From positions 2,400,001 to 2,432,000 of the forward strand of contig CP091279.1 in the NCBI GenBank assembly GCA_021650915.1: a DNA stretch of 32,000 bases, given 5' to 3'. The translations under genes were made by a program, and so were the position numbers. Origin of the DNA: Candidatus Brocadia sp. (GTDB lineage Bacteria > Planctomycetota > Brocadiia > Brocadiales > Brocadiaceae). Shown here one piece after another: positions 19,849 to 28,538 of the stretch. Every line of letters begins with the position of its first letter. The first letter of the stretch is position 1. The notes under the pieces were generated by a model. The model searched no databases and was not told where the DNA came from. It saw nothing but the letters and a program-made list of their open reading frames with translations.

Positions 19849-20901
19849 TTATGTCATGTGGGCTATTTCTTCCAAAAGTTCGTCTACCATGCGGTCTTCC
19901 GGTATCTTTCTGACCTTTTCACCCTTTTTAAAAAGGAATCCGAACCCCTTGCCTCCGGCAATGCCGATATCAACCTCACGCGCTTCGCCAGGACCGTTCA
20001 CCACACATCCCATGATAGCGATTTGCAAGTGCTTTTTATCGCCCGGCAGACGTTGCCGCACCTTTTCTACAATGTCCACCAAATCTATTTCACACCGTCC
20101 GCACGTCGGACAGGAAATGAGCTCTGCTTCATGACGCCTGTGAAGACCCAGCGCCTCGAGAATATCATACCCAGCCTTGATCTCCAATTCTGACGCACCG
20201 GTATAAGAAACCCTTAAGGTATCACCGATGCCTTCGGAGAGCAAACCGCCGATACCAATAGCAGACTTTATTGTCGCCAGGCTCGGTGGGCCTGCAGCGG
20301 TAACCCCTAAATGCAGCGGATAATCACACTGAGTCGCTATAGATCGGTAGGCCGCCAGCGTGGAAGGGACATCAGAGGCCTTGAGTGACAGAACGATATC
20401 TTTAAACCCCAGTGACTCGAAATGATCGCAATACCGCAAAACCGTTTTCACCATCAGCGTGGTTAACTCTTCCGCCTCGTCACCTTCGCTGCGCACAGAA
20501 CCTGAATTCACGCCGATACGAATAGGAATACCACGATTTTTAGCCGCGAGAACCACTTCCTCCAGCTTTTTTTTATCCTTCATGTTTCCAGGATTAATCC
20601 GTATCTTGTCAACCCCCTGGGCAATGGCTTCCAGTGCAAGGTGATGCCCAAAATGAATATCGGCAACCAACGGAATCTGTATCTGCCTCTTAATAGCGCC
20701 GAGACACTTAGCGGTAACGATCGTTGGAACCGCCACTCGAACAATATTGCATCCGATCGTTTCCAAATCCTTGATCTGTTTAACCGTGGCATCGATATCC
20801 TCGGTGTGAGTCTTGGTCATGGTCTGCACAGAAACAGGATTATCCCCCCCTATCAGTACGCCGCCAGCATTGACCACCCGCGTTTTTCTTCTTTGGATCA
20901 T
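19849..20901 (-). CDS. ispG: 4-hydroxy-3-methylbut-2-en-1-yl diphosphate synthase
   Basis: 350 aa GcpE-type. TIM-barrel part (..RVAVP..ADIHF..IRINPGN..) and a C-terminal Fe-S domain with SCPTCGRC and MGCVVNGPGE. Confidence 0.92.
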   Translation of the reverse strand: MIQRRKTRVVNAGGVLIGGDNPVSVQTMTKTHTEDIDATVKQIKDLETIGCNIVRVAVPTIVTAKCLGAIKRQIQIPLVADIHFGHHLALEAIAQGVDKIRINPGNMKDKKKLEEVVLAAKNRGIPIRIGVNSGSVRSEGDEAEELTTLMVKTVLRYCDHFESLGFKDIVLSLKASDVPSTLAAYRSIATQCDYPLHLGVTAAGPPSLATIKSAIGIGGLLSEGIGDTLRVSYTGASELEIKAGYDILEALGLHRRHEAELISCPTCGRCEIDLVDIVEKVRQRLPGDKKHLQIAIMGCVVNGPGEAREVDIGIAGGKGFGFLFKKGEKVRKIPEDRMVDELLEEIAHMT

Positions 20902-20987
20902 GTCCTAGAAAACATTCTCAAAAATCTGCATTAGTTACAAAAACCGGAACTATTAGCCCGGCAACCCTCATTTTTATAAGGCATTTA

Positions 20988-21016
20988 ATTATATTGGTAT
21001 CCATCTCATTTTTCAA
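20988..21016 (-). promoter_or_regulatory. Candidate sigma70-type promoter of the ispG-dxr-rseP-activator operon
   Basis: The minus strand reads TTGAAA (21016-21011), a 17-nt spacer, then TATAAT (20993-20988). This lies roughly 85-90 nt upstream of the ispG ATG (20901). Confidence 0.45.
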
Positions 21017-21091
21017 ATATTAATTTCAGGGCAAACGCTCATCGCCGTTATTATCCTTGAAGTGGTTATTGTCCTGCCGGTTTCTCAACAT

Positions 21092-21130
21092 AAAAAAATT
21101 CCAGTGAGATGTTGTCACCTCACTGGAATT
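21092..21130 (-). terminator. Rho-independent terminator ending the nxr operon
   Basis: Perfect 12-bp stem AATTCCAGTGAG / CTCACTGGAATT (21097-21108 / 21119-21130) with a 10-nt loop. On the minus strand it is followed by a T run (A run 21092-21098 on plus). It lies 49 nt after the cupredoxin stop. Confidence 0.75.
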
Positions 21131-21178
21131 CTCAATGCACAACCTGGCTTATGAGTACGGTAGTTTTTTAAACTGTGG

Positions 21179-21907
21179 TTATCTTCTTCTCTTCAAATCA
21201 AAATCAACCTTCGTAGCCTTTCCTGCCTCTACGGTAACTTCCTGTGATAGTTCCTTCAGTTTTTCGTGCCAGGTCTTCACGGTATATTTTCCCGGCGGAA
21301 CACCTTCAATCGTATAGTTTCCGTCTTTATCAGTAATAGCAAAATACGGATTTTCAAAGGTTACGGCAAATCCTGCCATTTCGCTGTGAACGTTGCAAAG
21401 GAGCGGCGTCTCGCCAACAACATCAAAAAGCACCTCTTTTACCACACCCGTTGGATACGTTCCCAGGTTAAATTGTAATGCCGCGGTGGGCGGAGAAAAC
21501 ACGTTGTGACGAACCGCATCGCTATTCGGAAAGTCCACCGTTGTACCCTTCTGCATAGCAACAACGCGTGGTACATAGGTAAGATTAAGCTGATCAACAA
21601 CGGCATGTTCTGTGGGCGGAGCAAACTTGTTATCTCCTACTTTTTCAATGAATACGATCGCATCAGCACTGTTCCTCATTTTCTGGCAAGTTACAACGCC
21701 GGTGATAGAGCCTGCATTATCCACGCTCGGCACATTTTTAACCACCTTCTTCAACTTCTGCTGGGCCTCTTCCAGTTTCTTCGCCGCCTCGGCCATCTCT
21801 TCAGGTGTCAACACCTTCTTTTCCTCCGCCTGAGCCCAAACAATTGAATGAGAAAAAAATACTACAGACGAAATCGCAAGCAGACCAGAAATAAGATATT
21901 TTTTCAT
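21179..21907 (-). CDS. Secreted cupredoxin-like (type-1 Cu ligand set) protein with a C-terminal carboxypeptidase-regulatory-like beta-sandwich
   Basis: Start taken at ATG 21907, 12 nt after GGAGGG. Signal peptide MKKYLISGLLAISSVVFFSHSIVWA, then a Lys/Glu-rich helix. The candidate Cu ligands are His in VRHNVFS and Cys, His, Met in LLCNVHSEM. The tail YFAITDKDGNYTIEGVPPGKYTVKTW...VDFDL is typical of CarboxypepD_reg-like domains. Confidence 0.6.
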   Translation of the reverse strand: MKKYLISGLLAISSVVFFSHSIVWAQAEEKKVLTPEEMAEAAKKLEEAQQKLKKVVKNVPSVDNAGSITGVVTCQKMRNSADAIVFIEKVGDNKFAPPTEHAVVDQLNLTYVPRVVAMQKGTTVDFPNSDAVRHNVFSPPTAALQFNLGTYPTGVVKEVLFDVVGETPLLCNVHSEMAGFAVTFENPYFAITDKDGNYTIEGVPPGKYTVKTWHEKLKELSQEVTVEAGKATKVDFDLKRRR

Positions 21908-21942
21908 AAACTCTTTATTCCCTCCTATCCTCAAAAATTTCT

Positions 21943-21991
21943 AAAAACAAGTGAGCTAACAAATGCCTTTAATACACCTGTTAGCTCACTT
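21943..21991 (-). terminator. Intra-operon stem-loop between nxrA and the cupredoxin gene (possible partial terminator or mRNA-stabilising hairpin)
   Basis: Perfect 12-bp stem AAGTGAGCTAAC / GTTAGCTCACTT (21949-21960 / 21980-21991) with a 19-nt loop. On the minus strand it is followed by G then TTTTT. Confidence 0.5.
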
Positions 21992-22003
21992 TTAGTACAC
22001 GTA

Positions 22004-25000
22004 TTACGCCTTTTCCACTTTTATCAACTCACCGCCCAGATACTTCTTCATGAAATCATTTTCGTTGCCGGTTGTATATCCGGTTTTTGCCGGATCCCAC
22101 AATCCTTTACCCCCAATCCCACCATCCTCAGCCTTGCAAACCTTCACCAGGGTCTCCTTGGGAACCGTATTGATACCGTGGTTATCGGCCTCGAAACCAA
22201 AGACGAACTTCATGCCAATCTTAGCCTTGTGGAACAGGCTGTCAAGCTGATGCATGGGCATAGACCAGTCCCTGGTAAGACTCTGTTGAGAACCGTAACG
22301 GAAGCTTGATTGATATCCGGTACCAGCCGACAATGCCCTGCCATCAGGTCTTGTCTCATGGGCCTTTACTGTTTTCTCCGTAGATATCCACGAAGAGTGC
22401 TTAATCATTGTTACCTCATAAGGATAGGAAGAATTATACTTTGCCCTGAGCATAAGTCTTGACACCTTATAGAAGGGGTCATTTGGCTTCCATCCTTCGT
22501 AGGGTCTATCTGCCGGGTTGGCATCGACGTATACATAATCGCCGTCATTAATACCCAAGTCTTTCGCTGCCTGTGGGTTGATATTAATCTGATGCTCACC
22601 AACACCGGGCATTCTCTTATCCATTCTGTATGGATCACCAAAATTGTTGTTCCAGATGAAGTTCCAGTCGGTCACGGCCCACTGAGAGTGCACCGTATGC
22701 CTTGATTTTGGCGTTACACAGAAGAACTTATACCCTTTCTCCCACAGGAAGTTCTTTGTTTGCTTCGTCTCTGCCCATGATTTCTTGATGTTCCTTACGG
22801 TTCTTTCGTCCCAGTGCTCTGCACTCTCCGGAATTCCATAATCGTCCGGACGGATGTAAGGATTGGTGCTTACAATTACGTTTGGCAGGTACTGCGTTGC
22901 CTCAGGACCTTCACGATGTACGATGAAATTCTCGCCGTACTCAATGATTTCTGATTCATCATTATAAGCCTGCAGTCTCCCCGTTGGCGTGTAGAATGGC
23001 AAACTTTCATGCACCTGCTCCCAGAATGGCTGTCTGGGATACGTCCTGTAATTTAACAAGGCCACGCCAGGCTCGCCGTATTTACCAGCCACAATATCAT
23101 CAAAAGTGTATCCCTTCGAGGTAGTACTGCCATCCAATAGCCTCTGGATGTAGACTTCAGGCCTTCCCTCCAGGGCAAACTTCCAGAAGTCCCTGAATCT
23201 CATATCCCTGAGCAATTCACCCAGCTTTGCCGCCATACCTGCAAGTACCATCACATCATCCTTGGAGTCGTTTACCGGCCTTATACCACCCTTCCAAATC
23301 TGGAAGAACGGATTGGAACATGAACTGGTAATCTCGTGGGTCTCGAACTCCATCCAGCTATTTGCCGGGAATGCGAAATCCGCATATTCTATCGAACCCG
23401 TCATTTCAATATCCGTAGACATGATCTGCTCAATATTGGGGTTCACATTCTTCAGCATCTGATACACATGCTTTGCATTGTTGACCAAGTTTACATTGGT
23501 AAACCACATGACCTTGGTCGGCGTTGGCATGTGCGTCTTGCCGGTGAAGCATTTACGCCCGTACTTTGGCGTATTCACAATTAAAGGCCTGTCATTGTGG
23601 TTCCAGTATGCAACTTCTTCATCATAGGCACGGCCCTTTACCTTTAAATCCATTGCCGGCGCGGTCGGATCAAGGTTTGGATTAAATACGTCTTCCGCCA
23701 CCCAACCGTAGAATCCAGGACCGCACCACTTTGCTGCCTGGAAATTGCCTGCCTTATAATTTCCTGCCCAGGTATGAGAACCAGATCCTTTATATCCTAC
23801 GTTTCCGGTTAGCATAAGCGGCAAATAGGTCGACCGGTTCATGAGTGTTGCATGGAAATAGTGATTGATACCCTCTCCATAATGGATTGCCACAGGTTTT
23901 ATGGTCGCAATATCGTGCGCCAATCTTACGATTAACTCTTTTGGAGAATTAGTCATTTCAACGACACTGTCAACATCATAATCTTTGAGGTGTATCTTAT
24001 ACATCTCAAAGAGAGGCATTACCTCAATCTCTTTACCATCAACTGTTTTTACTTTAAATGTGCCATCGAGAGCGGGGTCAATGCCTTTGGCCGTTAGTTT
24101 ATCACCAACATCGTCCCTCGTGATCGGCTTTGGACCCTTTGTCTTTGCATCCCACACAACAAAATCCCCGATAATTTCTCTCTGGTCATCGTGGAGGCCA
24201 TGCAGCTTGTAACTAGGACCATGCGTAATATCTTCTAATTTGTAATCGGGGAAGATGTCTTTCGCTTGCAACCTCTTCAAGGTATCTGTCCTGACAAGTA
24301 ATGGGAAATCGGTAAACTTCTTTACATAGTCAGCATCGTAGAGATTCTCATCCATCAGTATTTTTGTCAAGCCCAGAAAGAGCGCCGTGTCGGTGTTACA
24401 CTTGATCGGGATCCAGTAGTCGGCCTTTTGAGCAGACGGACTATACTCAGGCGTAATAACAACGAGTTTTCCGCCTCTCTCCATAACCTGGGTCAGCCAG
24501 TGCGCCTCAGGCATCTTATTTTCAATCAGATTCTTTCCCGTTTGGATGACCAGCTTCGAAAACCGAATATCATTCATATCGACATCTGAGGTCTGCAAAC
24601 CATGAGAGAAAGGATGCCCTGGGGCCTGATCACCATGCCATGTATAGTTCGACCAGTTCCTTCCGCCCAGCGCTTTATCAGGTCCTACGCCTCTGTTATG
24701 ACTATCAACCAGGGAAAGCATGTTGTTAAACCGGTACATACCATACTTTCCGATAACACCGAGGAGACCCATACCCCCACGTCCCTTGAACGTTCTCGTG
24801 CCTGCACCCTTCATGGCATCCACCATTTCTTTCGGATACCCTTGCTCTATAAGCTTCTTGGCACCCTCTTCACCGCTGTATTTCTTGGTAATGTGAATAA
24901 TCCCTTTTGCAGCATACGTCCAGGCATCATCCCACGATGCCTTTAAGAGCTCATCTTGTCCTCTGGCATCAAACATATACTTTGACTTATTTTCCGGTGT

Positions 25001-25453
25001 CAATTCAGGAAACCCATCATCTGCCCACTGTTTCCACCCTTTTCTGATAAGCGGATACCGTAACCTATATGGACCATAAACCCTGCGGTGGAAGGTGTAG
25101 CCTTTCAGACACATCCTGGGATTCCAGTTCCTGGTCGCCTTATTCCCGTAAAGGTCTGCGTAATTCTGATGGTCGTAATTCTGCTCAACCCTCATAACCA
25201 CTTCATTCCTCACAAACGCCCTCACCCTGCAGGCATGGGTGTCATTCGGCGAACACGTAAAGGTGAATGTCCGGTCATACCGATACTGGTCACGATAGAC
25301 ACTCTCCCATGAGCGATCGGGATAAGCATCCAGGGGGTTTCCTACCTCTACGGCAGGTTTTAAGAGCCTGAATGCCATTGCCTTATTGGCAACGGTAAAG
25401 GTCGCTCCTGTTGCACCTGCCACTTGTAGGAAAGTTCTTCTGGTAAGTTTCAT
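22004..25453 (-). CDS. nxrA: Nitrite oxidoreductase alpha subunit, periplasmic type (type II DMSO reductase family molybdoenzyme)
   Basis: Twin-arginine signal MKLTRRTFLQVAGATGATFTVANKAMA. 1149 aa with an N-terminal Cys/His cluster FTCSPNDTHAC. AAGGAG lies upstream of the ATG. The gene is embedded with nxrB-like, haem-b gamma-like and TorD-like genes. Confidence 0.8.
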   Translation of the reverse strand: MKLTRRTFLQVAGATGATFTVANKAMAFRLLKPAVEVGNPLDAYPDRSWESVYRDQYRYDRTFTFTCSPNDTHACRVRAFVRNEVVMRVEQNYDHQNYADLYGNKATRNWNPRMCLKGYTFHRRVYGPYRLRYPLIRKGWKQWADDGFPELTPENKSKYMFDARGQDELLKASWDDAWTYAAKGIIHITKKYSGEEGAKKLIEQGYPKEMVDAMKGAGTRTFKGRGGMGLLGVIGKYGMYRFNNMLSLVDSHNRGVGPDKALGGRNWSNYTWHGDQAPGHPFSHGLQTSDVDMNDIRFSKLVIQTGKNLIENKMPEAHWLTQVMERGGKLVVITPEYSPSAQKADYWIPIKCNTDTALFLGLTKILMDENLYDADYVKKFTDFPLLVRTDTLKRLQAKDIFPDYKLEDITHGPSYKLHGLHDDQREIIGDFVVWDAKTKGPKPITRDDVGDKLTAKGIDPALDGTFKVKTVDGKEIEVMPLFEMYKIHLKDYDVDSVVEMTNSPKELIVRLAHDIATIKPVAIHYGEGINHYFHATLMNRSTYLPLMLTGNVGYKGSGSHTWAGNYKAGNFQAAKWCGPGFYGWVAEDVFNPNLDPTAPAMDLKVKGRAYDEEVAYWNHNDRPLIVNTPKYGRKCFTGKTHMPTPTKVMWFTNVNLVNNAKHVYQMLKNVNPNIEQIMSTDIEMTGSIEYADFAFPANSWMEFETHEITSSCSNPFFQIWKGGIRPVNDSKDDVMVLAGMAAKLGELLRDMRFRDFWKFALEGRPEVYIQRLLDGSTTSKGYTFDDIVAGKYGEPGVALLNYRTYPRQPFWEQVHESLPFYTPTGRLQAYNDESEIIEYGENFIVHREGPEATQYLPNVIVSTNPYIRPDDYGIPESAEHWDERTVRNIKKSWAETKQTKNFLWEKGYKFFCVTPKSRHTVHSQWAVTDWNFIWNNNFGDPYRMDKRMPGVGEHQININPQAAKDLGINDGDYVYVDANPADRPYEGWKPNDPFYKVSRLMLRAKYNSSYPYEVTMIKHSSWISTEKTVKAHETRPDGRALSAGTGYQSSFRYGSQQSLTRDWSMPMHQLDSLFHKAKIGMKFVFGFEADNHGINTVPKETLVKVCKAEDGGIGGKGLWDPAKTGYTTGNENDFMKKYLGGELIKVEKA

Positions 25454-25520
25454 ATTTCCTACTCCTTTCTCAACGTAAAACCATGTATATAAAAGTTTTT
25501 ACCTAAATTATTCTGAAAAA

Positions 25521-26480
25521 TCAACAAACTGTCTTTCTTACTTTATAAGCCTCTGCACATTGCCCGCATACGCCATCTTCCGGCTCCCAGTCAGGAAAAT
25601 CTTTTTTTATTTCATTCACAAGATACTCATCTTGCTCAATGCCTTCCATCCATTGATATGTCCGAAATTGGCATAGAGGACATTGGGTTCCCGGTAAAAT
25701 GGTCTTTTTCTTCTTAAGAGTATGCTTTATCGGCAACCCGTCAGAAATTTTTATTACCTCATTCACATCCCTTGCCATCCTCAGTATCTTTTCATGCGTC
25801 AACTTCTCATCTTGCCACAGGACATCAAAGATAGCCATTTTCACTTCATCAGGAATTTTTTTATAGAGAGCAGAGAACTCATTATACCGGATGTCTTTAT
25901 CGGAGAGCGTCTCTTTCCCTTTCCTGATCAATCTGCTATCTACATAGATGTCCCAGAAAACACAATACCGCTCCTTGACAATGCTTTCTTCCATGGGATT
26001 GCCGCCGAGGCGTTCATCACGATAGCCGTACGAATCACTGAGCATATCAGAGGCATGCGTCAATTCATGCCTGACCAATTTTTTCAGATAAGGAATATCA
26101 AGAAAACGCTCCGGGAGCAATTTAACAACAATCCTTTTTTGACCAGACTCCTGATTCATACCCTTAGTAAGATACGAGCCCTCGTCAAAATTATTTACCG
26201 CCTTGGCGATCACTCCGCCGGCAGATTTTTCTTCAAGCTCAGGAAATTCGCTGAAAACCTCTTTTATGAGCTTCGGATACTCAAGTTTTTTAAAGAAATC
26301 CCACTCAATCTTTTTAAACTGCGATGGTCTTTCATCTAAGGGAAAATTTTCGTAAACCGGATCAATGGAGGAATGATATTCGAGAGTCAGAGTAAAATCC
26401 CCCTTTTCCTCCCTCGCCTTCAACTCCCCAAAGATTACCTCTTCAATCAAACTCGGATCAAATTCCAGATTCATAATCAT
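25521..26480 (-). CDS. Uncharacterised HExxH / C-terminal CxxC...CxxC protein encoded inside the nxr operon
   Basis: 319-aa ORF with no signal peptide. HExxH in LVRHELTHASD. CPLCQF and CGQCAEAY are separated by 34 residues. The start overlaps the stop of the chaperone gene (ATGA, 26477-26480). Confidence 0.8.
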   Translation of the reverse strand: MIMNLEFDPSLIEEVIFGELKAREEKGDFTLTLEYHSSIDPVYENFPLDERPSQFKKIEWDFFKKLEYPKLIKEVFSEFPELEEKSAGGVIAKAVNNFDEGSYLTKGMNQESGQKRIVVKLLPERFLDIPYLKKLVRHELTHASDMLSDSYGYRDERLGGNPMEESIVKERYCVFWDIYVDSRLIRKGKETLSDKDIRYNEFSALYKKIPDEVKMAIFDVLWQDEKLTHEKILRMARDVNEVIKISDGLPIKHTLKKKKTILPGTQCPLCQFRTYQWMEGIEQDEYLVNEIKKDFPDWEPEDGVCGQCAEAYKVRKTVC

Positions 26481-27271
26481 TCCTCACTGAAATCTTCAGA
26501 AGATGCGCAGGATAAGCATTCATCTGAAGCCCCAGCTACCGCCTCCTGATTGAGATCGGATTCCTTATATATCTCCGTTTTTACACCCATTAATTTTATT
26601 TCCAATCTCAGAAACTCTTTTGTCAGAGCAGATACTGCACGGTAAAAACCTTCCCCCGCTTTTCTGGCAAAGAGAACCGAGAAGAGCGGCACCCATTTGC
26701 CTATATGCTCTTTCAGGAACTTCTTTTGTGCATCCACGCATATCTGCGTCTTTTCATCGCCATGGTTTTCCATGGCGTAGGCTTGCTTGTAAAGCAAAAA
26801 GTGCATAAATTCCAATTCTACACTTACGTGGTCGCATCGTTCCTTCTCTATTTCCGAAGTATCAAGCCCAAATGCCCGGTAAAAACCCTGAATATCCCCT
26901 AATTCCTGCACTTGCTGAAACACCTGGGATGCGCCGTACTGCGTTTCGTAGAGAGGGCACTCCTTTGACATCGTGTGCCCAACAATGCGCTGGTATTCAG
27001 ACTGCAAGATCTCAATGGATGTAGCTGCGAATGCCTCCTGAATCTCTCCAAAACACCTGTTTAACTCAACGCCATCGTCTATACTTTCATAACACAACAC
27101 TAACGCTTTCTGATATTCCTGAATTTCAGGAGTTTTCAGCACTGACAAATTTTTCTCCGTTGGATAGAGAAAACAGGCAGACAAAACCTGATACATGGAG
27201 CTTCGCGTAAGCAAGCTATCGACTCTGGATGCAACTTCCTGATCTAAAAGACTATTCCTGTCGGCTTCCAT
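26477..27271 (-). CDS. TorD/NarJ-family redox-enzyme maturation chaperone
   Basis: 264 aa, cytoplasmic. TorD-like pattern MYQVLSACFLYP...SEYQRIVG...CPLYETQY...IQGFYRAFGL...DHVSVELEFMHFLL. GAGG lies upstream of the ATG. Confidence 0.75.
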   Translation of the reverse strand: MEADRNSLLDQEVASRVDSLLTRSSMYQVLSACFLYPTEKNLSVLKTPEIQEYQKALVLCYESIDDGVELNRCFGEIQEAFAATSIEILQSEYQRIVGHTMSKECPLYETQYGASQVFQQVQELGDIQGFYRAFGLDTSEIEKERCDHVSVELEFMHFLLYKQAYAMENHGDEKTQICVDAQKKFLKEHIGKWVPLFSVLFARKAGEGFYRAVSALTKEFLRLEIKLMGVKTEIYKESDLNQEAVAGASDECLSCASSEDFSEE

Positions 27272-27286
27272 AAATAAACCTCAATT

Positions 27287-28498
27287 CTAAATTGAATTGT
27301 AATGTTTTGGGTCCCTGATGTAAACGGGCTCTTCGACTGTAGTCCTAACAACCTCTTGCCCATCCTCACCATACCCAATAACGGTATCGTTGTACAACTC
27401 AAACTTCTTGCCGTGAATCGTTGTCTCAAACACTTTTGGCCCTTCCTCAATCTTGTACTCATAAATAATGGTTTGAGTCATTCTGAACAACGACATCACC
27501 GCCAACCTCTCCCGGGAAGGCACCATAAACTTCTCAATTGCCTCATCGACACCAGGACCAAACATCTGCCTCAGATAAGCCCTTGGCGCCCATCGCGGTG
27601 GTATATAGTATATGTTCGGCTCCGTTCCAAACTGTGGGTACAGAGGCAATGCTAACTTATCGTGTCTGATCAACCACGTAACCGGGTTCTTCGGGTTATC
27701 ATCCAGGAATCCCTGCAACCGAATCTGCCCTACGCACGCAGCCATACATCGCGTCTCCATCGGGCGCCCCTTCGTCAAGGGATCTCTTCCTTCAATTCTG
27801 GGATAACAGGCAATGCACTTTTCGCTTACTCTCGTTAGCCCCCGGTACATGGGTTTTTTGTAAGGGCACTGCTCAACACATTTCCGGTACCCTCTGCACC
27901 GTTTCTGGTCAATAAGAACAATTCCATCCTCTTTTCTTTTGTAAATAGCCTTTCGAGGACAGGCTGCCAGACATCCGGGATAGGTGCAATGGTTGCACAG
28001 TCGTTGAATGTAAAAAAACCACCTGCTATGCTCCGGCAATGAAGAATATTCATCCGGCTTATTGCTCTTTGCCACATCTTCTCCAAAATTCGGTGCGCGC
28101 CATTCCTTGTCTTCGGGAATATAACCGACTGCCCACTGGTTGATATTCTTCTTTGCTGCAGCCTCAAAGATCGTATCACCCTCATAAACTCCGTAAGGCG
28201 ACAACTTCTCATCTTTCTCATCGGTATACCAGGTATTTTCACCGTTATCAATCAGCTTCAGCGTTTTTACATCCCACGACTGCGGATAACCACCATATGG
28301 CTTGGTCTCCACGTTGTTCCACCACATGTACTCCTGCCCTTTGTTGTATGTCCAGGCACTTTTGCAAGCCATGGTACAGGTCTGACAGGCAATACACCTA
28401 TTGGTATTGAAGATAGCCGCAAACTGATGTTTTGGTCTGGACTCAAAATAGGGATACTCCATCCTTCTCCCTAAGTGCCAGTTGTGTACTAATGTCAT
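27287..28498 (-). CDS. nxrB: Nitrite oxidoreductase beta subunit (four Fe-S cluster ferredoxin subunit)
   Basis: Cys groups CIACQTCTMAC, CNHCTYPGCLAACP, CRGYRKCVEQCP and CIACYPRIE. 403 aa with no signal peptide, so export would be by hitch-hiking on NxrA. AGGAGG lies upstream. Confidence 0.85.
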   Translation of the reverse strand: MTLVHNWHLGRRMEYPYFESRPKHQFAAIFNTNRCIACQTCTMACKSAWTYNKGQEYMWWNNVETKPYGGYPQSWDVKTLKLIDNGENTWYTDEKDEKLSPYGVYEGDTIFEAAAKKNINQWAVGYIPEDKEWRAPNFGEDVAKSNKPDEYSSLPEHSRWFFYIQRLCNHCTYPGCLAACPRKAIYKRKEDGIVLIDQKRCRGYRKCVEQCPYKKPMYRGLTRVSEKCIACYPRIEGRDPLTKGRPMETRCMAACVGQIRLQGFLDDNPKNPVTWLIRHDKLALPLYPQFGTEPNIYYIPPRWAPRAYLRQMFGPGVDEAIEKFMVPSRERLAVMSLFRMTQTIIYEYKIEEGPKVFETTIHGKKFELYNDTVIGYGEDGQEVVRTTVEEPVYIRDPKHYNSI

Positions 28499-28538
28499 TT
28501 TTCAATCCTCCTCTTAACCTTGATTCTAACCGATTAAA

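Noticed and set aside
25722-26339. 205-aa plus-strand ORF opposite the HExxH gene; similar antisense ORFs occur opposite glk (4700-5365), lepA (5710-6249) and the transporter (2346-2876)
   Set aside because: Each overlaps a much better supported gene on the other strand and has no motifs or RBS. They are typical shadow ORFs.
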